DNA from: Eledone cirrhosa | Lineage: Eukaryota | DNA: 64,000 nt | Reading direction: 5' to 3' | NCBI GenBank assembly: GCA_964016885.1 | Contig: OZ024743.1 | Coordinates: forward strand, 141,236,001-141,300,000 | Part shown: one piece after another, positions 50,490 to 61,010 of the stretch | Layout of the letters: the number at the start of each line of letters is the position of its first letter | Position numbering within the stretch: the stretch's first letter is position 1 | Notes under the pieces: generated by a model | Told to the model about the DNA's origin: nothing | The model's database searches: none | The model's input: the letters and a program-made list of their open reading frames with translations, nothing else | Position numbers and translations under genes: made by a program

Positions 50490-53400
50490 CTTGGTGCTTG
50501 GTGTTTGGTGCTTGGTTCTTGGTGTTTGGTGCTTGGTGCTTGGTGCTTGGTGTTTGGTGCTTGGTGCTTGGTGTTTGGTGCTTGGTGTTTGGTGTTTGGT
50601 GCTTGGTGTTTGGTACTTGGTGCTTGGTGCTTGGTTTTAAGTGTTTAGTGCTTGGTGCTTGGTGTTTGGTGCATGGTGCTTGGTGTTTGGGGCTTGGTGC
50701 CTGGTGCTTTGTGTTTGGTGCTAGGTGCTTGGTGCTTGGTCTTTGGTGATTGGTGCTTGGTGCTTGGTGCTTGGTGTTTGGTGCTTGGTGCTTGGTGCTT
50801 GGTTATTAGTGTTTGGTGCTTGGTGCTTGGTGTTTGGTGTTTGGTGCTTGGTGCTTGGTGTTTGGTGTTTGCTGTATGGTGTTTGCTGTTTCGTGTTTGG
50901 TGTTTGCTGTTTGGTGTTTAATGCTTGGTGCTTGGTGCTTGGTGTTTGGTGGTTGGTGCTTGGTGCTTGGTGATTGGCGTTTGCTCTTTGCTGTTTGGTG
51001 TTTGGTGCTTGCTGTTTGGTGTTTGGTGTTTGGTGTTTGGTGTTTGGTGCTTGCTGTTTGGTGCTTGGTGCTTGGTGTTTGGTGTTTGGTGTTTGGTGCT
51101 TGGTGCTTGGTGTTTGGTGGTTGGTGCTTGGTGCTGGGTGTTTGGTGCTTGGTGCTTGGTGTTTGGTGCTTGGTGCTTGGTGCTTGGTGCTTGGTCTTTG
51201 GTGCTTGGTGTTTGGTGTTTGGTGCTTGGTGCTTGGTGTTTGGTGCTTGGGGCTTGGTGTTTGGTGCTTGGTGATTGCTGCTTGGTGTTTGGTGTTTGGT
51301 GCTTGGTGCTTGTTGCTTGGTGATTAGTGTTTGGTGCTTGGTGCTTGGTGCCTTGTGCTTGGTGCTTGGTGCTTGTTGTTTGGTGCTTGGTGCTTGGTGA
51401 TTAGTGTTTGGTGCTTGGTGCTTGGTGCCTGGTGCTTGGTGCTTGTTGTTTGGTGCTTGGTGCTTGGTGATTAGTGTTTGGTGCCTGGTGCTTGGTGCTT
51501 GCTGTTTGGTGGTTGCTGTTTGGTGCTTGGTGTTTGGTGCTTGGTGCTTGGTGCTGGGTGGTTGGTGTTTGGTGCTTGGTGCTTGGTGTTTGGTGCTTGG
51601 TGCTTGGTGCTTGTTGTTTGGTGCTTGGTGATTGGTCTTTGGTGCTTGGTGTTTGGTGTTTGGTGCTTGGTGCTTGGTGCTTGGTTTTTGGTGCTTGGTG
51701 CTTGGTGCTTGGTGTTTGGTGCTTGGTGTTGGTGCTTGTTGTTTGGTGTTTGGTGCTTGGTGCTTGGTGTTTGGTGCTTGGTGCCTGGTGCTTGGTGTTT
51801 GGTGCTTGGTGCTTGGTGTTTGCTGATTGGTGCTTGGTGCTTGGTGCTTAGTGCTTGGTGTTTGGTGTTTGGTGTTTGGTGTTTGGTGTTTCGTGCTTGG
51901 TGTCTAGTGTTTGGGTTTTGGTGTTTGGTGCTTGGTGCTTAGTGTTTGGTGTTTGGTGCTTGGTGCTTGGTGTTTGGTGTTTGGTGCTTGGTGTTTGGTG
52001 CTGGGTGCTTTGTGCTTGGTGTTTGGTGCTGGGTGTATGGTGTTTGGTGCTTGGTGCTTGGTGCTTGGTGCTTGGTGTTTGGTGTTTGGTGCTTGGTACT
52101 TGGTGTTTGGTGTTTGATGCTTGGTGTTTGATGCTTGTTGCTTGGTGCTTGGTGTTTTGTGTTTGGTGTTTGGTGCTTGGTGTATGTACTTGGTGCTTGG
52201 TGCTTGGTGTTTGGTGCTTGGTTCTTGGTGTTTGGTGCTTGGTGCTTGGTATTTGGTGCTTGGTGTTTGGTGTTTGGTGCTTGGTGTTTGGTACTTGGTG
52301 CTTGGTGCTTGGTGTTAAGTGTTTGGTGCTTGGTGCTTGGTGTTTGGTGCTTCGTGCTTGGTTCTTGGTGTTTGGTGCATGGTGCTTGGTGTTTGGGGCT
52401 TGGTGCCTGGTGCTTTGTGTTTGGTGCTAGGTGCTTGGTGCTTGGTCTTTGGTGTTTGGTGCTTGGTGCTTGGTGCTTGGTGTTTGGTGCTTGGTGCTTG
52501 GTGCTTGGTTATTAGTGTTTGGTGCTTGGTGCTTGGGGTTTGGTGTTTGGTGCTTGGTGCTTGGTGTTTGGTGTTTGCTGTATGGTGTTTGCTGTTTCTT
52601 GTTTGGTGTTTGCTGTTTGGTGTTTAATGCTTGGTGCTTGGTGCTTGGTGTTTGGTGCTTGGTGCTTGATGCTTGGTGTTTGGCGTTTGCTCTTTGCTGT
52701 TTGGTGTTTGGTGCTTGCTGTTTGGTGTTTGGTGTTTGGTGTTTGGTGTTTGGTGCTTGCTGTTTGGTGCTTGGTGCTTGGTGCTGGGTGTTTGGTGCTT
52801 GGTGCTGGTTGTGTGGTGCTTGGTGCTTGGTGTTTGGTCCTTGGTGCTTGGTGCTTGGTCTTTGGTGCTTGGGGTTTGGTGTTTGGTGCTTGGTGCTTGG
52901 TGTTTGGTGCTTGGTGCTTGGTGCTTGGTGTTTGGTGTTTGGTGCTTGCTGCTTGGTGCTTGGTGTTTGGTGCTTGGTCCTTGGTGATTAGTGTTTGGTG
53001 CATGGTGCTTGGTGTTTGTTGTCTGGTGCTTGGTGCTTGGTGTTTGGTGCTTGGTGCTTGTTGTTTGGTGTTTGGTGTTTGGTGCTTGGTGCTTGGTGTT
53101 TGGTGCTTGGTGTTTGGTTCTTGGTGTATGTACTTGGTGCTTGGTGCTTGGTGTTTGGTGCTTGGTTCTTGGTGTTTGGTACTTGGTGTTTGGTGTTTGG
53201 TGCTTGGTGTTTGGTGCTTGGTGTTTGGTGCTTGGTGCTTGGTGTTTGGTACTTGGTACTTGGTGATTAGTGTTTGGTGCATGGTGCTTGGTGTTTGTTG
53301 TTTGGTGCTTGGTGCTTGGTGTTTGGTGCTTGGTGCTTCCTGTTTGGTGTTTGGTGTTTGGTGCTTGGTGCTTGGTGTTTGGTGCTTGGTGTTTGGTTCT

Positions 53401-56400
53401 TGGTGTATGTACTTGGTGCTTGGTGCTTGGTGTTTGGTGCTTGGTTCTTGGTGTTTGGTGCTTGGTGTTTGGTGTTTGGTGCTTGGTGTTTGGTGCTTGG
53501 TGCTTGGTGTTAAGTGTTTGGTGCATGGTGCTTGGTGTTTGGTGCTTCGTGCTTGGTGCTTGGTGTTTGGTGCATGGTGCTTGATGTTTGGGGCTTGGTG
53601 CCTGGTGCTTGGTGTTTGGTGCTTGGTGCTTGGTGCTTGGTGTTTGGTCTTTGGTGCTTGGTGCTTGGTGTTTGGTGCTTGGTGTTTGGTGCTTGGTGTT
53701 CAGTGCTTGGTTCTTGGTGCTTGGTACTTGGTGTTAGGTTTTTGGTGCTTGGGGCTTGGTGTTTGGTGTTTGGTGCTTGGTGCTTGGTGTTTGGTGTTTG
53801 GTGCTTGGTGTTTGGTGCTTGGTGCTTTGTGCTTGGTGTTTGGTGCTGGGTGTATGGTGTTTGGTGCTTGGTGCTTGGTGCTTGGTGCTTGGTGTTTGGT
53901 GTTTGGTGCTTGGTACTTGGTGTTTGGTGTTTGATGCTTGGTGTTTGATGCTTGTTGCTTGGTGCTTGGTGTTTTGTGTTTGGTGTTTGGTGCTTGGTGT
54001 TTGGTGCTTGGTGCTTGGTGTTTGGTGCTTGGTGTTTGGTGTTTGGTGTTTGGTGTTTGGTGCTTGGTGCTTGGTGTTTGGTGCTTGGTGCTTGGTGCTG
54101 GGTGTTTGGTGCTTGGTGCTTGGTGTTTGGTGCTTGGTGCTTGATGCTTGGTGCTTGGTGTTTGGTCCTTGGTCCTTGGTGCTTGGTCTTTGGTGCTTGG
54201 GGTTTGGTGTTTGGTGCTTGGTGCTTGGTGTTTGGTGCTTGGTGCTTGGTGCTTGGTGTTTGGTGTTTGGTGCTTGCTGCTTGGTGCTTGGTGTTTGGTG
54301 CTTGGTGCTTGGTGATTAGTGTTTGGTGCATGGTGCTTGGTGTTTGTTGTTTGGTGCTTGGTGCTTGGTGTTTGGTGCTTGGTGCTTGGTGTTTGGTGCT
54401 TGGTGTTTGGTGCTTGGTGTATGTACTTGGTGCTTGGTGCTTGGTGTTTGGTGCTTGGTTCTTGGTGTTTGGTGCTTGGTGCTTGGTGCTTGGTGTTTGG
54501 AGCTTGGTGCTTGGTGTTTGGTACTTGGTGCTTGGTGTTTGGTGTTTGGTGCTTGGTGTTTGGTGCTTGGTGCTTGGTGCTTGGTGTTAAGTGTTTGGTG
54601 CTTGGTGCTTCGTGTTTGGTGCTTCGTGCTTGGTGCTTGGTGTTTGGTGCATGGTGCTTGATGTTTGGGGCTTGGTGCCTGGTGCTTGGTGTTTGGTGCT
54701 TGGTGCTTGGTGCTTGGTGTTTGGTGTTTGGTGCTTGGTGCTTGGTGTTTGGTGCTTGGTGCTTGGTGTTTGGTGTTTGGTGCTTGGTGTTTGGTGTTTG
54801 GTGCTTTGTGCTTGGTGTTTGGTGCTGGGTGTTCGGTGCTTGGTGCTTGGTGCTTGGTACTTGGTGTTAGGTTTTTGGTGCTTGGGGCTTGGTGTTTGGT
54901 GTTTGGTGCTTGGTGCTTGGTGTTTGGTGTTTGGTGCTTGGTGTTTGGTGTTTGGTGCTTTGTGCTTGGTGTTTGGTGCTGGGTGTATGGTGTTTGGTGC
55001 TTGGTGCTTGGTGCTTGGTGTTTGGTGCTTGGTTCTTGGTGTTTGGTGCTTGGTGCTTGGTGCTTGGTGTTTGGTGCTTGGTGCTTGGTGTTTGGTGCTT
55101 GGTGTTTGGTGTTTGGTGCTTGGTGTTTGGTACTTGGTGCTTGGTGCTTGGTTTTAAGTGTTTAGTGCTTGGTGCTTGGTGTTTGGTGCATGGTGCTTGG
55201 TGTTTGGGGCTTGGTGCCTGGTGCTTTGTGTTTGGTGCTAGGTGCTTGGTGCTTGGTCTTTGGTGATTGGTGCTTGGTGCTTGGTGCTTGGTGTTTGGTG
55301 CTTGGTGCTTGGTGCTTGGTTATTAGTGTTTGGTGCTTGGTGCTTGGTGTTTGGTGTTTGGTGCTTGGTGCTTGGTGTTTGGTGTTTGCTGTATGGTGTT
55401 TGCTTTTTCGTGTTTGGTGTTTGCTGTTTGGTGTTTAATGCTTGGTGCTTGGTGCTTGGTGTTTGGTGGTTGGTGCTTGGTGCTTGGTGATTGGCGTTTG
55501 CTCTTTGCTGTTTGGTGTTTGGTGCTTGCTGTTTGGTGTTTGGTGTTTGGTGTTTGGTGTTTGGTGTTTGCTGTTTGGTGCTTGGTGCTTGGTGTTTGGT
55601 GTTTGGTGTTTGGTGCTTGGTGCTTGGTGTTTGGTGGTTGGTGCTTGGTGCTGGGTGTTTGGTGCTTGGTGCTTGGTGTTTGGTGCTTGGTGCTTGGTGC
55701 TTGGTGCTTGGTCTTTGGTGCTTGGTGTTTGGTGTTTGGTGCTTGGTGCTTGGTGTTTGGTGCTTGGGGCTTGGTGTTTGGTGCTTGGTGATTGCTGCTT
55801 GGTGTTTGGTGTTTGGTGCTTGGTGCTTGTTGCTTGGTGATTAGTGTTTGGTGCTTGGTGCTTGGTGCCTTGTGCTTGGTGCTTGGTGCTTGTTGTTTGG
55901 TGCTTGGTGCTTGGTGATTAGTGTTTGGTGCTTGGTGCTTGGTGCCTGGTGCTTGGTGCTTGTTGTTTGGTGCTTGGTGCTTGGTGATTAGTGTTTGGTG
56001 CCTGGTGCTTGGTGCTTGCTGTTTGGTGGTTGCTGTTTGGTGCTTGGTGTTTGGTGCTTGGTGCTTGGTGCTGGGTGGTTGGTGTTTGGTGCTTGGTGCT
56101 TGGTGTTTGGTGCTTGGTGCTTGGTGCTTGTTGTTTGGTGCTTGGTGATTGGTCTTTGGTGCTTGGTGTTTGGTGTTTGGTGCTTGGTGCTTGGTGCTTG
56201 GTTTTTGGTGCTTGGTGCTTGGTGCTTGGTGTTTGGTGCTTGGTGTTGGTGCTTGTTGTTTGGTGTTTGGTGCTTGGTGCTTGGTGTTTGGTGCTTGGTG
56301 CCTGGTGCTTGGTGTTTGGTGCTTGGTGCTTGGTGTTTGCTGATTGGTGCTTGGTGCTTGGTGCTTAGTGCTTGGTGTTTGGTGTTTGGTGTTTGGTGTT

Positions 56401-56857
56401 TGGTGTTTCGTGCTTGGTGTCTAGTGTTTGGGTTTTGGTGTTTGGTGCTTGGTGCTTAGTGTTTGGTGTTTCGTGCTTGGTGCTTGGTGTTTGGTGTTTG
56501 GTGCTTGGTGTTTGGTGCTGGGTGCTTTGTGCTTGGTGTTTGGTGCTGGGTGTATGGTGTTTGGTGCTTGGTGCTTGGTGCTTGGTGCTTGGTGTTTGGT
56601 GTTTGGTGCTTGGTACTTGGTGTTTGGTGTTTGATGCTTGGTGTTTGATGCTTGTTGCTTGGTGCTTGGTGTTTTGTGTTTGGTGTTTGGTGCTTGGTGT
56701 ATGTACTTGGTGCTTGGTGCTTGGTGTTTGGTGCTTGGTTCTTGGTGTTTGGTGCTTGGTGCTTGGTATTTGGTGCTTGGTGTTTGGTGTTTGGTGCTTG
56801 GTGTTTGGTACTTGGTGCTTGGTGCTTGGTGTTAAGTGTTTGGTGCTTGGTGCTTGG
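50490..56857 (+). repeat. Duplicated block of about 1.85 kb at offset 4,517 bp (about 50490-52340 and 55007-56857)
   Basis: ORFs 50652/55169, 50974/55491, 51478/55995 and 52121/56638. Landmarks 52184/56701. Both copies carry the same 6-bp TTGGTG slip (about 51727 and 56244) and differ at a few positions. Confidence 0.88.
52981..53510 (+). repeat. Local tandem duplication with 279-bp period
   Basis: TTGGTGA-TTAGTGT-TTGGTGC-ATGGTGC at 52981 and 53260. Landmarks 53128/53407. ORFs 52991/53270. Confidence 0.85.
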
Positions 56858-58030
56858 TGCTTGGTGTTAAGTGTTTGGTGCATGGTGCTTGGTGTTTGGT
56901 GCTTCGTGCTTGGTGCTTGGTGTTTGGTGCATGGTGCTGGATGTTTGGGGCTTGGTGCCTGGTGCTTGGTGTTTGGTGCTTGGTGTTTGGTGCTTGGTGT
57001 TCAGTGCTTGGTGCTTGGTGCTTGGTACTTGGTGTTAGGTTTTTGGTGCTTGGGGCTTGGTGTTTGGTGTTTGGTGCTTGGTGCTTGGTGTTTGGTGTTT
57101 GGTGCTTGGTGTTTGGTGCTTGGTGCTTTGTGCTTGGTGTTTGGTGCTGGGTGTATGGTGTTTGGTGCTTGGTGCTTGGTGCTTGGTGTTTGGTGTTTGG
57201 TGCTTGGTACTTGGTGTTTGGTGTTTGATGCTTGGTGTTTGATGCTTGTTGCTTGGTGCTTGGTGTTTTGTGTTTGGTGTTTGGTGCTTGGTGTTTGGTG
57301 CTTGGTGCTTGGTGTTTGGTGCTTGGTGTTTGGTGTTTGGTGTTTGGTGTTTGGTGCTTGGTGCTTGGTGTTTGGTGCTTGGTGCTTGGTGCTGGGTGTT
57401 TGGTGCTTGGTGCTTGGTGTTTGGTGCTTGGTGCTTGATGCTTGGTGCTTGGTGTTTGGTCCTTGGTCCTTGGTGCTTGGTCTTTGGTGCTTGGGGTTTG
57501 GTGTTTGGTGCTTGGTGCTTCGTGTTTGGTGCTTGGTGCTTGGTGCTTGGTGTTTGGTGTTTGGTGCTTGCTGCTTGGTGCTTGGTGTTTGGTGCTTGGT
57601 GCTTGGTGATTAGTGTTTGGTGCATGGTGCTTGGTGTTTGTTGTTTGGTGCTTGGTGCTTGGTGTTTGGTGCTTGGTGCTTGGTGTTTGGTGCTTGGTGT
57701 TTGGTGCTTGGTGTATGTACTTGGTGCTTGGTGCTTGGTGTTTGGTGCTTGGTTCTTGGTGTTTGGTGCTTGGTGCTTGGTGCTTGGTGTTTGGAGCTTG
57801 GTGCTTGGTGTTTGGTACTTGGTGCTTGGTGTTTGGTGTTTGGTGCTTGGTGTTTGGTGCTTGGTGTTAAGTGTTTGGTGCTTGGTGCTTCGTGTTTGGT
57901 GCTTCGTGCTTGGTGCTTGGTGTTTGGTGCATGGTGCTTGATGTTTGGGGCTTGGTGCCTGGTGCTTGGTGTTTGGTGCTTGGTGCTTGGTGCTTGGTGT
58001 TTGGTGTTTGGTGCTTGGTGCTTGGTGTTT
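53500..58030 (+). repeat. Duplicated block of about 1.2 kb at offset about 3.3 kb (about 53500-54750 and 56860-58030)
   Basis: ORFs 53938/57232 and 54319/57613 (+3294). Landmarks 54421/57715. Shared rare variants TCAGTGC (about 53700 and 57001) and tandem TTGGTCC-TTGGTCC. Confidence 0.8.
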
Positions 58031-60490
58031 GGTGCTTGGTGTTTGGTGCTTGGTGTTCGGTGCTTGGTGCTTGGTGCTTGGTACTTGGTGTTAGGTTTTT
58101 GGTGCTTGGGGCTTGGTGTTTGGTGTTTGGTGCTTGGTGCTTGGTGTTTGGTGTTTGGTGCTTGGTGTTTGGTGTTTGGTGCTTTGTGCTTGGTGTTTGG
58201 TGCTGGGTGTATGGTGTTTGGTGCTTGGTGCTTGGTGCTTGGTGTTTGGTGTTTGGTGCTTGGTACTTGGTGTTTGGTGTTTGATGCTTGGTGTTTGATG
58301 CTTGTTGCTTGGTGCTTGGTGTTTTGTGTTTGGTGTTTGGTGCTTGGTGTATGTACTTGGTGCTTGGTGCTTGGTGTTTGGTGCTTGGTTCTTGGTGTTT
58401 GGTGCTTGGTGCTTGGTGCTTGGTGTTTGGTGCTTGGTGCTTGGTGTTTGGTGCTTGGTGTTTGGTGTTTGGTGCTTGGTGTTTGGTACTTGGTGCTTGG
58501 TGCTTTGTTTTAAGTGTTTAGTGCTTGGTGCTTGGTGTTTGGTGCTTCGTGCTTGGTGCTTGGTGTTTGGTGCATGGTGCTTGGTGTTTGGGGCTTGGTG
58601 CCTGGTGCTTTGTGTTTGGTGCTAGGTGCTTGGTGCTTGGTCTTTGGTGCTTGGTGCTTGGTGTTCGGTGCTTGGTGCTTGGTGCTAGGTGTTTGGTGTT
58701 TGGTGTTTGGTGCTTGGTGCTTGGTGTTTGGTGCTTGGGGCTTGGTGTTTGGTGCTTGGTGATTGCTGCTTGGTGTTTGGTGTTTGGTGCTTGGTGCTTG
58801 GTGCTTGGTGATTAGTGTTTAGTGCTTGGTGCTTGGTGCCTTGTGCTTGGTGCTTGGTGCTTGTTGTTTAGTGCTTGGAGCTTGGTGATTAGTGTTTGGT
58901 GCTTGGTGCTTGGTGCCTGATGCTTGGTGCTTGTTGTTTGGTGCTTGGTGCTTGGTGATTAATGTTTGGTGCCTGGTGCTTGGTGCTTGCTGTTTGGTGG
59001 TTGCTGTTTGGTGCTTGGTGTTTGGTGCTTGGTGCTTGGTGCTGGGTGGTTGGTGTTTGGTGCTTGGTGCTTGGTGTTTGGTGCTTGGTGCTTGGTGCTT
59101 GTTGTTTGGTGCTTGGTGCTTGGTCTTTGGTGCTTGGTGTTTGGTGTGTGGTGCTTGGTGCTTGGTGCTTGGTTTTTGGTGCTTGGTGCTTGGTGCTTGG
59201 TGTTTGGTGCTTGGTGCTTGGTGCTTGTTGTTTGGTGTTTGGTGCTTGGTGCTTGGTGTTTGGTGCTTGGTGCCTGGTGCTTGGTGTTTGGTGCTTGGTG
59301 CTTGGTGTTTGCTGATTGGTGCTTGGTGCTTGGTGCTTAGTGCTTGGTGTTTGGTGTTTGGTGTTTGGTGTTTGGTGTTTCGTGCTTGGTGTCTAGTGTT
59401 TGGGTTTTGGTGTTTGGTGCTTTGTGCTTGGTGCTTGGTGCTTGGTACTTGGTGTTAGGTTTTTGGTGCTTGGGGCTTGGTGTTTGGTGTTTGGTGCTTG
59501 GTGCTTGGTGTTTGGTGTTTGGTGCTTGGTGTTTGGTGCTGGGTGCTTTGTGCTTGGTGTTTGGTGCTGGGTGTATGGTGTTTGGTGCTTGGTGCTTGGT
59601 GCTTGGTGTTTGGTGTTTGGTGCTTGGTACTTGGTGTTTGGTGTTTGATGCTTGGTGTTTGATGCTTGTTGCTTGGTGCTTGGTGTTTTGTGTTTGGTGT
59701 TTGGTGCTTGGTGTATGTACTTGGTGCTTGGTGCTTGGTGTTTGGTGCTTGGTTCTTGGTGTTTGGTGCTTGGTGCTTGGTGTTTGGTGCTTGGTGTTTG
59801 GTGTTTGGTGCTTGGTGTTTGGTACTTGGTGCTTGGTGCTTGGTGTTAAGTGTTTGGTGCTTGGTGCTTGGTGTTTGGTGCTTCGTGCTTGGTTCTTGGT
59901 GTTTGGTGCATGGTGCTTGGTGTTTGGGGCTTGGTGCCTGGTGCTTTGTGTTTGGTGCTAGGTGCTTGGTGCTTGGTCTTTGGTGTTTGGTGCTTGGTGC
60001 TTGGTGCTTGGTGTTTGGTGCTTGGTGCTTGGTGCTTGGTTATTAATGTTTGGTGCTTGGTGCTTGGGGTTTGGTGTTTGGTGCTTGGTGCTTGGTGTTT
60101 GGTGTTTGTTGTATGGTGTTTGCTGTTTCGTGTTTGGTGTTTGCTGTTTGGTGTTTAATGCTTGGTGCTTGGTGCTTGGTGTTTGGTGCTTGGTGCTTGG
60201 TGCTTGGTGTTTGGCGTTTGCTCTTTGCTGTTTGGTGTTTGGTGCTTGCTGTTTGGTGTTTGGTGCTTGCTGTTTGGTGCTTGGTGCTTGGTGCTGGGTG
60301 TTTGGTGCTTGGTGCTGGGTGTTTGGTGCTTGGTGCTTGGTGTTTGGTCCTTGGTGCTTGGTGCTTGGTCTTTGGTGCTTGGGGTTTGGTGTTTGGTGCT
60401 TGGTGCTCGGTGTTTGGTGCTTGGTGCTTGGTGCTTGGTGTTTGGTGTTTGGTGCTTGCTGCCTGGTGCTTGGTGTTTGGTGCTTGGTCC

Positions 60491-61010
60491 TTGGTGATTA
60501 GTGTTTGGTGCATGGTGCTTGGTGTTTGTTGTTTGGTGCTTGGTGCTTGGTGTTTGGTGCTTGGTGCTTGCTGTTTGGTGTTTGGTGTTTGGTGCTTGGT
60601 GCTTGGTGTTTGGTGCTTGGTGTTTGGTTCTTGGTGTATGTACTTGGTGCTTGGTGCTTGGTGTTTGGTGCTTGGTTCTTGGTGTCTGGTGCTTGGTGTT
60701 TGGTGCTTGGTGTTTGGTGCTTGGTGCTTGGTGTTTGGTACTTGGTGCTTGGTGATTAGTGTTTGGTGCATGGTGCTTGGTGTTTGTTGTTTGGTGCTTG
60801 GTGCTTGGTGATTGGTGCTTGGTGCTTGCTGTTTGGTGTTTGGTGTTTGGTGCTTGGTGCTTGGTGTTTGGTGCTTGGTGTTTGGTTCTTGGTGTATGTA
60901 CTTGGTGCTTGGTGCTTGGTGTTTGGTGCTTGGTTCTTGGTGTTTGGTGCTTGGTGTTTGGTGTTTGGTGCTTGGTGTTTGGTGCTTGGTGTTTGGTGCT
61001 TGGTGCTTGG
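60491..61010 (+). repeat. Local tandem duplication with 258-bp period, homologous to the 279-bp duplication at 53 kb
   Basis: Landmarks 60638/60896. ORFs 60501/60759. Same flanking variants as at 53 kb (TTGGTCC before the unit, TTGGTTC two monomers before ATGTAC). Confidence 0.85.

Noticed and set aside
4789-57720. The same 3,294-bp offset occurs in domain A (4789/8083) and domain B (54421/57715)
   Set aside because: The blocks carry different markers, offsets are constrained modulo 7, and nearby offsets vary (3245, 3280, 3301). Coincidence is sufficient.
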